A stretch of 64,000 nucleotides of DNA from contig OX597819.1 of assembly GCA_951406725.2 (NCBI GenBank), positions 107,942,001 to 108,006,000 of the forward strand, given 5' to 3'. Numbering within the stretch: the first letter of the stretch is position 1; every line of letters starts with the position of its first letter. The DNA is from Octopus vulgaris. Taxonomy: Eukaryota. The position numbers and the translations under genes were made by a program. Under the pieces are notes generated by a model. That model had not been told where the DNA came from. It saw only the letters and a program-made list of their open reading frames with translations, and searched no databases. This document shows positions 12,010-24,134 of this stretch, in pieces.

Positions 12010-13651
12010 TAAAAAAAAAATTTCCTGTTTCATTAAGTTTTTATTTCGAGCCACGCCCTGCCATAGAGAATTCTCCATCGTGGCATCTCCTCTCTCTTTC
12101 TCTCTCTCTCTCCCTCCCCATCTCCGATCTAAAACACCAAATCACCCCCCCCCCAAAACCCCTAATCTCTATATAAACCAGCGTTTGCTCTGTCCTTGCC
12201 TCTACTCGATTCTCACCGCTTTGCTTCGGATGATAAACTCGGATCTCAGAAATGTGCAGCTAAGATATATATTTTGACGCTAACCTTAGTTCATTACCGT
12301 TTAAGCGTTGATCTAACGCTAATATCTTCTCCGTATATTATCTATCGCTCTATCTTCTTCCTCTCTCTATTTTTTATCTCTATGTATTGTAAACATGATG
12401 CCGCTAGCTTCCTATTTGTCCATTTCGATATATTTTCTATATTCCTCATATATTTCAGGGTATCATGTTTACAATACAGAGAGATAAAAAATAGAGAGAG
12501 GAAGAAGATAGAGAGATAGATAATATAGGGAGAAGATATTAGGGTTAGATCAACGCTTAAACGGTAATGAACTAAGGTTAGCGTCAAAATATATATCTTA
12601 GCTGCACATTTCTGAGATCCGAGTTTATCATCCGAAGCAAAGAAGTGAGAATCGAGTAGAGGCAAGGACAGAGCAAATGCTGGGTTATATGGAGATTAGT
12701 GGTTTGGGTGGGGGTGGGGAAGATTTGGAGTGTTAGATCGGAGATGGGGAGGGAGAGAGAGAAAGAGAGAGGACACGCCATGAGGGCGAATTGTCCATCG
12801 CAGGACGTGGTTCGAAATAAAAAATTAAAGAAACAGGAAATGCCGCAAAAAAAAAAAAAAAGCGAGACAAGGTTAAAGCCGAATTCAATTTAGGGAATTT
12901 TGGGAGAAAGGAAATACCCTGAAATAAATGAGGAATATAGAAAATGTATATTATCTATTTCTCTATCTTCTTCCTGTCTCTATTTTTTATCTCTCTCTAT
13001 TGTAAACATGATGCCGCTAGCTTCCTATTTGTCCTTTTCGATACATTTTCTATATTCCTCATTTATTTCAGGGTATTTCCTTTTCTCCCAAAATTCCCTA
13101 GAATGATTTCGGCTTTCAGCTTTTCTCGATTTTTTTTTTCGGCATTTCCTGTTTCATTAAGTTTTTATTTCGAACCACGTCCTGCCATAGGGAATTCTAC
13201 TTCGTGGCGTTGCCTCTCTCTCTCTCTCTCACTTTCTCTCTCTCTCTCTCCCTCCCCGTCTTCGATCTAACACACCAAATCGTCCCACCCCCAAACACCT
13301 AATCTCTATATAGACCAGCGTTTGCTCTGTCCTAATTTAAGCGTTGATCTAACCCTAATATCTTCTCCCTATATTATCAATCTCTCTATCTTCTTCCTCT
13401 CTCTATTTTTTATCTCTCTCTATTGTAAACATGATGCCGCTAGCTTCCTACTTGTCCTTTTCGATGCATTTTCTATATTCCTCATTTATTTCAGGGTATT
13501 TCCTTTCTCCCAAAATTCTGTAAAATGATATCGGCTTTCAGCTTGTATCGCGTTGTTTTTCGGCATTTCCTGTTTCTTTAAGTTTTTATTTCGAAGCACG
13601 TCCTGCCATAGAGAATTCTCCTTCGTGGCGTCGCCTCTCTCTCTCTCACTC

Positions 13652-13707
<56 letters not shown>

Positions 13708-15903
13708 TCTCTCCTTCCCCGTCTCTGATCTAACACACCAAATCGTCCCACCCCCAAACACCTAATCTCTATATAAACCAGCGTTTGCTCTGTCCTCCTA
13801 ATTTAAGCATTGATCTAACCCTAATATCTTCTCCGTATATTATCTATCTCTTTTTCTTCTTCCTCTCTCTATTTTTTATCTCTCTGTATTGTAAACATGA
13901 TGTTGCTAGCTTCCTATTTGTCCTTTTCGATACATTTTCTATATTCCTAATTTATTTCAGGGTATTTCCTTTTCTCCCAAAATTCCCTAGAATGATTTCG
14001 GCTTTCAGCTTTTCTCGATTTTTTTTTCCGGCATTTCCTGTTTCATTAAGTTTTTATTTCGAACCACGTCCTGCCATAGAAAATACTCCCTCATGGCGTC
14101 TCCTCTCTCTTTCTCTATCTCTCTCTCCCTCCCCATCTCCGATCTAACACACCAAATCGTCCCCCCCCCCCAAACCACTAATCTCTATATAAACCAGCGT
14201 TTGCTCTGTCCTTGCCTCTACTCAATTCTCACTGCTTTGCTTCGGATGATAAACTCGGATCTCAGAAATGTGCAGCTAAGATATATATTTTGACGCTAAC
14301 CTTAGTTCATTACCGTTTAAACGTTGATCTAACACCCCAAATCTTCCCCACCCGAAACCCCCAAATCTCTATATAAACCAGCGTTTGCTCTGTCCTTGCC
14401 TCTACTCGATTCTCACTGCTTTGCTTCGGATGATAAACTCGGATCTCAGAAATGTGCAGCTAAGATATATATTTTGACGCTAACCTTAGTTCATTACCGT
14501 TTAAGCGTTGATCTAACCCTAATATCTTCTCCGTATATTATCTATCTCTCTATCTTCTTCCTCTCTCTATTTTTTATCTCTCTCTATTGTAAACATGATG
14601 CCGCTAGCTTCCTATTTGTCCTTTTCGATACATTTTCTATATTCCCTATTTATTTCAGGATATTTTCTTTCTCCGAAACTTCCCTGAAATGATTTCGGCA
14701 TTTCTTGTTTCTTTAAGAAAGGACAAATAGGAAGCTTATGGCATCATGTTTACAATAGAGAGAGATAAAAAACAGAGAGAGGAAGAAGATAGAGAGATAG
14801 ATAATATACGGAGAAGATATTAGGGTTAGATCAACGCTTAAACGGTAATGAACTAAGGTTATCGTCAAAATATATATCTTAGCTGCACATTTCTGAGATC
14901 CGAGTTTATCATCCGAAGCAAAGAAGTGAGAATCGAGTAGAGGCAAGGACAGAGCAAATGCTGGGTTATATGGAGATTAGTGGTTTGGGTGGGGGGGAAG
15001 ATTTGGTGTGTTAGATCGGAGATGGGGAGGGAGAGAGAGAAAGAGAGAGGACACGCCATGAGGGCGAATTCTCCATCGCAGGACGTGGTTCGAAATAAAA
15101 ACTTAAAGAAACAGGAAATGCCGCAAAAAAAAAAAAAAACGCGAGACAAGGTTAAAGCCGAATTCAATTTAGGGAATTTTGGGAGAAAGGAAATACCCTG
15201 AAATAAATGAGGAATATAGAAAATGTATATTATCTATTTCTCTATCTTCTTCCTGTCTCTATTTTTTATCTCTCTCTATTGTAAACATGATGCCGCTAGC
15301 TTCCTATTTGTCCTTTTCGATACATTTTCTATATTCCTCATTTATTTCAGGGTATTTCCTTTTCTCCCTAAATTCCCCAAAATGATTTCGGCTTTCAGCT
15401 TTTCTCGATTTTTTTTTTCGGCATTTCCCGTTTCATTAAGTTTTTATTTCGAACCACGTCCTGCCATAGGGAATTCTACTTCGTGGCGTTGCCTCTCTCT
15501 CTCCCTCCCCGTCTTCGATCTAACACACCAAGTCGTCCCACCACCAAACACCTAATCTCTATATAGACCAGCGTTTGCTCTGTCCTAATTTAAGCGTTGA
15601 TCTAACCCTAATATCTTCTCCCTATATTATCTATCTCTCTATCTTCTTCCTCTCTCTATTTTTTATCTCTATTGTAAACATGATGCCGCTAGCTTCCTAT
15701 TTGTCCTTTTCGATGCATTTTCTATATTCCTCATTTAGTTCAGGGTATTTCCTTTCTCCCAAAATTCTGTTAAATGATTTCGGCTTTCAGCTTGTATCGC
15801 GTTGTTTTTCGGCATTTCCTGTTTCTTTAAGTTTTTATTTCGAAGCACGTCCTGCCACAGAGAATACTCCTTCGTGGCGTCACCTCTCTCTCTCTCTCTC
15901 TCA

Positions 15904-15940
<37 letters not shown>

Positions 15941-18720
15941 TCCTTCCCCATCTCTGATCTAACACACCAAATCGTCCCACCCCCAAACACCTAATCTCTA
16001 TATAAACCAGCATTTGCTCTGTCCTCCTAATTTAAGCGTTGATCTAACCCTAATATCTTCTCCGTATATTATCTATCTCTCTATCTTCTTCCTCTCTCTA
16101 TTTTTTATCTCTTTGTATTGTAAACATGATGCTGCTAGCTTCCTATTTGTCCTTTTCGATACATTTTCTATATTCCTAATTTATTTCAGGGTATTTCCTT
16201 TTCTCCCAAAATTCCCTAGAATGATTTCGGCTTTCAGCTTTTCTCGATTTTTTTTTCCGGTATTTCCTGTTTCATTAAGTTTTTATTTCGAACCACGTCC
16301 TGCCATAGAGAATTCTCCCTCATGGCGTCGCCTCTCTCTTTCTCTCTCTCTCCCTCCCCATCTCCGATCTAACACACCAAATCGTCCCCCCCCCCCCAAA
16401 CCCCTAATCTCTATATAAACCAGCATTTGCTCTGTCCTCCTAATCTCTATATAAACCAGCATTTGCTCTGTCCTTGCCTCTACTCGATTCTCACTGCTTT
16501 GCTTCGGATGATGAACTTGGATCTCAGAAATGTGCAGCTTAGATATATATTTTGACGCTAACCTTAGTTCATTACCGTTTAAGCGTTGATCTAACCCTAA
16601 TATCTTCTCCGTATATTATCTATCTCTCTATCTTCTTCCTCTCTCTATTTTTTATCTCTCTGTATTGTAAACATGATGCTGCTAGCTTCCTATTTGTCCT
16701 TTTCGATACATTTTCTATATTCCTAATTTATTTCAGGGTATTTCCTTTTTTCGCAAAATTCCCTAGAATGATTTCGGTTTTCAGCTTTTCTCGATTTTTT
16801 TTTTCGGCATTTCCTGTTTCATTAAGTTTTTATTTCGAACCATGTCCTGCCATAGAGAATTCTACTTTATGGCGTGTCCTCTCTCTTTCTCTCTCTCCCT
16901 CCCCATCTCCGATCTAACACACCAGATCGTCCCCCCCCCCAAACCACTAATCTCTATATAAACCAGCGTTTGCTCTGTCCTTGCCTCTACTCGATTCTCA
17001 CTGCTTTGCTTCGGATGATAAACTCGGATCTCAGAAATGTGCAGCTAAGATATATATTTTGACGCTAACCTTAGTTCATTACCGTTTAAACGTTGATCTA
17101 ACACCCCAAATCTTCCCCACCCGAAACCCCCAAATCTCTATATAAACCAGCGTTTGCTCTGTCCTTGCCTCTACTCGATTCTCACTGCTTTGCTTCGGAT
17201 GAGAAACTCAGATCTCTCTATCTTCTTCCTCTCTCTATTTTTTATCTCTCTCTATTGGACATTTCTGAGATCCAAGTTCGGATGATAAACTCGGATCTCA
17301 GAAATTTGCAGCTAAGATATACATTTTGACGCTAACCTTAGTTCATTACCGTTTAAGCGTTGATCTAACCCTAATATCTTCTCCGTATATTATCTATCTC
17401 TCTATCTTCTTCTTCTCTCTATTTTTTATCTCTCTCTATTGTAAACATGATGCCGCTAGCTTCCTATTTGTCCTTTTCGATACATTTTCTATATTCTTCA
17501 TTTATTTCAGGGTATTTTCTTTCTCCCAAAATTCCCTGAAATGATTTCGGCATTTCTTGTTTCTTTAAGTTTTTATTTCGAACAACGTCCTGCCATAGAG
17601 AATTCTCCCTCGTGGTGTCTCCTCTCTCTTTCTCTCTCTCTCTCTCCTCCCCTCTCCGATCTAACACACCAAATCTTCCCCACCCGAAACCCCCAAATTT
17701 CCATATAAACCAGCGTTTGCTCTGTCCTTGCCTCTACTCGATTCTCACTGCTTTGCTTTGGATGATAAACTCGGATCTCAGAAATGTGCCGCTAAGATAT
17801 ATATTTTGACGCTAGCCTTAGTTCATTACCGTTTAAACGTTGATCTAACACCCCAAATCTTCCCCACCCGAGACCCCCAAATCTCTATATAAACCAGTGT
17901 TTGCTCTGTCCTTGCCTCTACTCGATTCTCACTGCTTTGCTTCGGATGATAAACTCGGATCTCAGAAATTTGCAGCTAAGATATATATTTTGACGCTAAC
18001 CTTAGTTCATTACCATTTAAGCGTTGATCTAACACTAATATCTTCTCCGTATATTATCTATCTCTCTACCTTCTTCCTGTCTCTATTTTTTATCTCTCTC
18101 TATTGTAAACATGATGCCGCTAGCTTCCTATCTGTCATTTTCGATACATTTTCTATATTCCTTTTATTTCAGGGTATTTGCTTTCTCCCAAACTTCCCTG
18201 AAATGATTTCGGCATTTCTTGTTTCTTTAAGTTTTTATTTCGAACCACGTCCTGCCATAGAGAATTCTCCCTCGTGGCGTCTCCTCTCTCTTTCTCTCTC
18301 TCTCTCTCCCTCCCCATCTCCGATCTAACACCCCAAATCTTCCCCACCCGAAACCCCCAAATCTCTATATAAACCAGCGTTTGCTCCGTCCTTGCCTCTA
18401 CTCGATTCTCACTGCTTTGCTTCGGATGATAAACTCGGATCTCAGAAATTTGCAGCTAAGATATATATTTTGACGCTAACCTTAGTTCATTACCGTTTAA
18501 GCGTTGATCTAACCCTAATATCTTCTCCGTATATTATCTATCTCTCTATCTTCTTCCTCTCTCTATTTTTTATCTCTCTCTATTGTAAACATGATGCCGC
18601 TAGCTTACTATTTGTCCTTTTCGATACATTTTCTATATTCCTCATTTATTTCAGGGTATTTCCTTTTCTCCCCAAATTCCCTAAAATGATTTCGGCATTT
18701 GCTGTTTCGCGGTACCCCCG
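12010..18720 (+). repeat. Modular CT-rich tandem satellite (unit ~400 bp, ~510 bp with optional module), left block
   Basis: Recurrent TGTAAACATGATGCCGCTAGCTTCC, TTTCGAACCACGTCCTGCCATAG, (CT)n and ATCTCTATATAAACCAGCG, with optional GCTTCGGATGATAAACTCGGATCTCAG module. Inverted segments at 12462-12949 and ~14718-15228. Confidence 0.92.
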
Positions 18721-18879
18721 CCCTCCCACCCCTTCCACCAAAACCTGAAGTTAGTACGAAGTTAGTACCTCAGTCTGTTTCTCCCCTCCCGCAGACACTC
18801 CCACACCCCTATAGTAGGGCTATTCGATCATATAGCGCAAAAACTATAGTGTATGAAGGTTGTAGTCTAGTGTTTATTT

Positions 18880-21800
18880 ATGAAATTTGCCAATCGCAAG
18901 TCTTCTTTTCAGGTACATGACACTTCTGTCCCACATCCCAGGGTCCCACAGGCCCACTCCTCTCACACCCTCAGTGTTGGTACACTCAATGTTGGCACAT
19001 TGAAAGGTAGGTCTGGTGAGATTGTCGAGCTGCTTGAACGGAGACGTGTGGATGTGCTGCATCCAAGAAGTAAGGTGGAGAGGAGGTTCCGCTAGGCTCC
19101 TCACAGGCAAGGAACACAGGTACAAGATTTTCTGGGCAGGGAACACTGACGGGGTTGGGGGCGTGGGTATACTTCTTGCAGAGAAATGGGTAGATAAAGT
19201 AATCGAGATAGTCAGAGTAAGTGACAGTGTACTTAAGGTTAGATTAGTGCCTCACCATTGGTCAGCTACCACCATCTTGGCATATGCCCCTCAAACAGGG
19301 CTACCGGAAGGACAGAAAGACCAATTCTATGACACCCTATTACAAACTACCTCGTTGACAAATGACAGTGACCTTCTATTTGTGGCAGGTGACTTCAATG
19401 GACATGTTTGAATGCATGTCGGGGGCTACGGTTTTGGTTCTCGCAATGAGGAGGGAACCGGGCTGCTGGAGTTCGGCGATGCAAATGACCTAATGATTTG
19501 CAATACCAGCTTCAGGAAACCCACCTCTCACCTTGTCACTTACCGTTCTGGCAGACACACTACCCAGATCGACTACATCCTTGCCAGAAAGAGGGAAAAA
19601 GGGCTGCCCAGAAGAAGAATAGCTCGGAGGAGAAGAGTCTGGAAACTTAAAGATCCTGTAAATGGACGGAGATTTAGAGAAGTTCTACTCGAAGCTTTCG
19701 ATGAAATAGAAGGGGATATAACATCACATAATGTGGAAGCCAACTGGAGGTTTCTACGGGACAATCTGCTGAGAGCTACTGACCACATCTGTGGATGGAG
19801 CAAAGTCCCATCTCGTCCCAGGGTAACGTGGTGGTAGAATATTGTTGTAGACAGGGCTATTAAAGACAAGAGACAGGCTTGGAAGGACTGGAGGAAAGGC
19901 GGTTGTAGGGAATTGTATCAGACTGCGAAAAGAGAAGCTGGGAGACAGGTATATCTAGCTAGAGGGGAAGCAGATAAGAAAAAATTTGCCAATGTTCTGC
20001 GCCATGAGGACCAAAGACTTGAGTTGTTTCGTGTTGCAAGACAGTGTGTGAGAGAGAATCGTGATGTGGTAGGAGAGAAATGTGTTTGCATGGATGATGG
20101 TTCACTTGCGTTAAATGAGGATGCAAAGAGAGAGGTTTGAAGATGCCACTATGAAAGGTTGCTCAAAAAAGAGAATGAATGGGATAAAGAGAGTCTGCCG
20201 AATGTCGACCCAATAGAGGGACCAGCTATCCGAGTTGACAGTTCCATGGTAGTTAAGGCAATTGGAAGCATGAAGACAGGGAAAGCCCCAGGCCCGTCAG
20301 GAATTACTGCTGAGATGCTCAAAATATCTGGCAGTGTCGGCTATAGCCTAGTCACCCGTATAGTTAACCAGGTGATACACGAAGGAGTCATACCCAATGA
20401 CTGGTGTAGTAGCATAATAGTCAACTGCTACAAAGGTAAAGGTGACGCCCTAGATACAAGTAATTACAGAGGTATTAAGCTGTTGGATCAAGTAATGAAG
20501 GTTACAGAAAGGGTCATTGCCCAACTGATTAGAGAGAGAGTCAACCTAGACGAGATGCAGTTTGGTTTTGTGCCAGGGAAAAGCACCACTGATGCGATAT
20601 TTCTGGTGAGACAGCTGCAGGACCTTGCTCTAATTGCTGAGTGACTATCAGAACTGGAGGAGAAGTTTCAGGTGTGGAAGCAAGGATTAGAATCAAAGGG
20701 CCTTAGAGTCAATCTAGCTAAAACCAAAGTCCTAATAAGTAGGAAGGTAGACAAATCTCAAACACCTTCAGGTAGATGGCCCTGCTCGATCTGTAGAAAA
20801 GGCGTAGGTAGGAACTCTATAAGATGCACCAAGTGTAAGCTATGAACACATAAGAGGTGCAGCAATGTCAAAGGAAGGCTAACCAGGAAGATAGTTTTTG
20901 TATGTGGCAGATGCTCTGGTTCAATAAAGACTGAAGATGCGCAGAGACCATCTTCCGCCACATTCCAGGGAGAAAAACTTGAAATAGTTGATAGTTTCCG
21001 TTACCTAGGTGACCAAGTCAGTAGCGGGGGTGGGTGTGCCAAAAGTGTAACTGCTAGAGTAAGAATAGCCTGGGCAAAGTTCAGAGAGCTCTTACCTCTG
21101 CTGGTGACAAAGGGCCTTTCACTCAGAGTAAAAGGCAGACTGTATGACGCATGTGTGCGAACAGCCATGCTACATGGCAGTGAAACATGGGTCGTGACTG
21201 CTGAGGATATGCGTAAGCTCGCAAGAAATGAAGCCAGTATGCTCTGTTGGATGTGTAATGTCAGTGTTCATACCCGACAGAGTGTAAGTGCCTTGAGAGA
21301 AAAGTTGGAGCTAAGAAGCATCAGATGTGGTGTGCAAGAGATGCGTCTACGCTGGTATGGACACGTAGTAAGAATGGATGAAGATAGTTGTGTGAAAAAG
21401 TGCTACACCCTAGAGGTTGAGGGAACCTGTGGAAGAGGTAGACCCAGGAAAGCCTGGGACGAGGTGGTGAAGAACGACCTTCGCGCTTTAGGTCTTACCG
21501 AGGAAATGACCAGAGACCGAGACCTTTGGAAGTATGCTGTGTGCGAGAAGACCCAGCAGGACACATGAGGCCATAACCCATGGCCCCTCCCTGGGACGTA
21601 GTCAGTCCACCTGTGCATACCTTCCTTCTTGGGACACTTGTGAAGACCTGTTGAGGCAAGTGAAAATCAAAATCAAAATAAAAATCAAACCAAATCAAAA
21701 TCGATGACCATCAATGGAATTTGTATCTTTGTGGTACCAGTGCCGGTGGCACATAAGAAGATCATCCGAACGTGGCCGTAGCCAGTACCGCATCGTCTGA

Positions 21801-22038
21801 CCTCCGTGCTGTGGGCACGTAACAAACACCATCCGATCATGGCCGTTCGCCAGCCACGTCTGGCACCTGTGTCGGTGGCACATAAAATCACTCACTACAC
21901 TCTCGGAGTGGTTGGCGTTAGGAAGGGCATCCAGCTGTAGAAACACTGACTGGCCTGGTGCAGCCTTCGGGCTTCCCAGACCCCAGTTGAACCGTCCAAC
22001 CCATGCTAGCATGGAAAGTGGACGTTAAACGATGATGA
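18880..22038 (+). mobile_element. Near full-length but internally deleted RTE LINE
   Basis: APE N-terminus GTLNVGTL, CCIQEVRW, GDFNGHV and QIDYIL. RT start present, but RT motifs A-C deleted at ~20620 (RQLQ|DLALIAE). PHD-like insert. C-terminal RLRWYGHV and GRGRPRKAW. (GAT)n tail. Confidence 0.93.
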
Positions 22039-22281
22039 TATATGTATGTATGTACATATGTATGTGTGTATATATATATTTGAGTAATTGAATGAATTAT
22101 CTTATTAAGGATAATTCGAAAGATAACCGATACCTGGGTAGCAAATTCACATCAGAAAGAACATGGTTGAAGCTACGTCCCTAGGGCATAGACTACGTGT
22201 CTTCGTGCGGAAATTTCTATGTTTATTTTAAAAATTATCAGTATATGAAAGAATGGAGTTGAACAACTAGTTAACAAATAT

Positions 22282-22376
22282 CCTTTATTCTCGACATATG
22301 TTTCGAAGGCTGCATATTCCTAATTCCGAAGGAATAAGGAGTACATTATGCAGATTTCTCATCAGGAAAATCAAGG
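22282..22376 (-). ncRNA. Type I hammerhead ribozyme with extended stem II
   Basis: Minus strand ATTTTC-CTGATGA-GAA..CTGCATA...TATGCAG..TTC-GAAA-CATAT-GTC-GAGAAT. Stem I ATTTTC/GAGAAT; palindromic stem III ACATATGT. Confidence 0.8.
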
Positions 22377-22573
22377 AACTTATGTCGACATCAAAATGCA
22401 CAAAAAACTTTTAGCTGACCGCTCTCAAGGAGTGTTACTTTATAATGAGTGACGTCAGAGTGGCTGAATGTAGAAGAATCTAGAAGTTTCTAAAGGTTCA
22501 AGAGTTCAAACGAAGTAGGAGGAGGGAGGCATAAGAATAGTAAGGTGAGAGAGTGCAGGTCAAAAGAATGGTG

Positions 22574-22998
22574 GGTTTAAATGATTTCTTTTGTGAATGA
22601 GTGCCTGTGTGTGTGACTGTATATAACTGTCTTAATGTGTGTATGTGTGTGTCTGAATGCGTGATTGTGTTTGTGGATGGGTAGATGTCAGAAAACTGAC
22701 AGCTGTGAGTTGAAAGGTCTGTATCTGTGTGTTCGATTATGTTTACTGTAGGGAAAAGAAAGTAGATAGCGAAAGGGAGAAAGAATCGGGCGAGGTGAGA
22801 GGCTATCTACTTTCCTTTCCCTACAATAAACATAATCGAACACACAGATACAGACCTTTCAACTCACAGCTGTCAGTTTTCTGACATCTACCCATCCACA
22901 AACACAATCACGCATTCAGACACACACATACACACATTAAGACAGTTATATACAGTCACACACACAGGCACTCATTCACAAAAGAAATCATTTAAACC
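22574..22998. repeat. 197-bp inverted repeat with 31-nt loop
   Basis: 22574-22770 is the reverse complement of 22802-22998, with two mismatches seen. Confidence 0.93.
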
Positions 22999-23280
22999 AC
23001 TGACACAGGATTTATCCTTCGAAACGTAGAGTAGATGAAACCTTAGCGACTGAAGAAGGGGTTTTTTCGTTGTCTTAATTGTCCTGTACTCCATTTTCTG
23101 TTGTTTTTAAAAAAATCTCCTGTTCCTTTGGTTTGTGTCTATGTTTTCGTTTCTCTTTGTGTTCGACGTCCCTTTGGTGTCCTGTACTCATATATGCGTG
23201 TATATGTACATGTAGAGGTAGGTACGTACATATATGTTTATATATATGCATATGTTTTATTTCATTTATTAATATATATA

Positions 23281-23444
23281 TCATCATCATCATCATCATC
23301 ATCATCATTTAGCGTCCGTTTTCCATGGGTTGGACGGTTCAACTGGGGTCTGGGGAGCCCGAAGGCTGCACCAGGCCAGTCAGATCTGGCAGTGTTTCTA
23401 CAGCTGGATGCCCTTCCTAACGCCAACCACTCCGAGAGTGTAGT
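23281..23444 (-). repeat. RTE 3' terminal fragment with (GAT)n tail
   Basis: Matches 8503-8662 and is truncated at the (TA)n where the Penelope 3' end lies. Confidence 0.85.
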
Positions 23445-23554
23445 ATATATATATATATATATATAATATAATTCGAGACAAAACCACTATTTTAAAACCA
23501 AACAAGGAAAGACTTAATCAATACATAAAATTTTAATATAAATTAAATAAACCG

Positions 23555-23597
23555 CCACTACAAATGTTTCATGTCTGCTCCGACAATCTTCAGGTGG
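23555..23597 (-). ncRNA. Minimal type I hammerhead ribozyme (PLE, downstream pLTR)
   Basis: CCAC-CTGAAGA-T-TGTC(GGAGCA)GACA-T-GAAA-CATTT-GTA-GTGG. Conserved core with stems I, II and a minimal stem III. Confidence 0.8.
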
Positions 23598-24100
23598 ATT
23601 TTCGATCTAAAAATAGCAATATTTTAAAATATAATTTAAAATAATTTCAAATATTAAAACAATAAAATTATCAATGAAAGAATGTAAAAAAATAAAAATA
23701 TAATCTATATATAATCTATATATAATCTATATATAATCAATATATAATCTAAAATAATCTAAAATAAACCCTATAAACAATTGAATATAAAAACCTATTA
23801 TAAAAGTTCTCATATTTAAAAATGTACAAAAACCAAAAAACAACAAGCAAGAAACAAAAACCAAAACCTAAAAACAAAAAACAAAAAACAAAAAATAAAC
23901 TATATATACACATACATGCTCATACACTCAACACATTACTTATTCATACTTCCTCACACACACATACAACACTCAATTCATAAACAATATACATATACCC
24001 GCTCACACATACATATACATACACATACATACAGAACACGATATATACCAATATATAAACACCCACACCCATACAGATAAATAAATTACGCAAACAATCA

Positions 24101-24134
<34 letters not shown>

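Noticed and set aside
13345-13360. Telomeric TAACCCTAA within satellite units
   Set aside because: There is only ~1.5 repeat per unit, not a telomeric tract.
12080-18748. Many hydrophobic ORFs (..LSVDLTLISSPYIIYLSIFFLSLFF..) resembling a membrane-protein family
   Set aside because: They are translations of the CT-rich satellite, with inconsistent frames and starts and non-ATG initiators.
20610-20630. RT-core deletion in the RTE as a spliced-out intron
   Set aside because: Compared with the copy at ~6250-6525, the missing segment starts GA, not GT. A 2-bp microhomology deletion is simpler.
22100-22165. Possible additional hammerhead on the minus strand (CTGATGT...TTCGAAT)
   Set aside because: The core deviates from CUGAnGA/GAAA and no stem I/III pairing was found.
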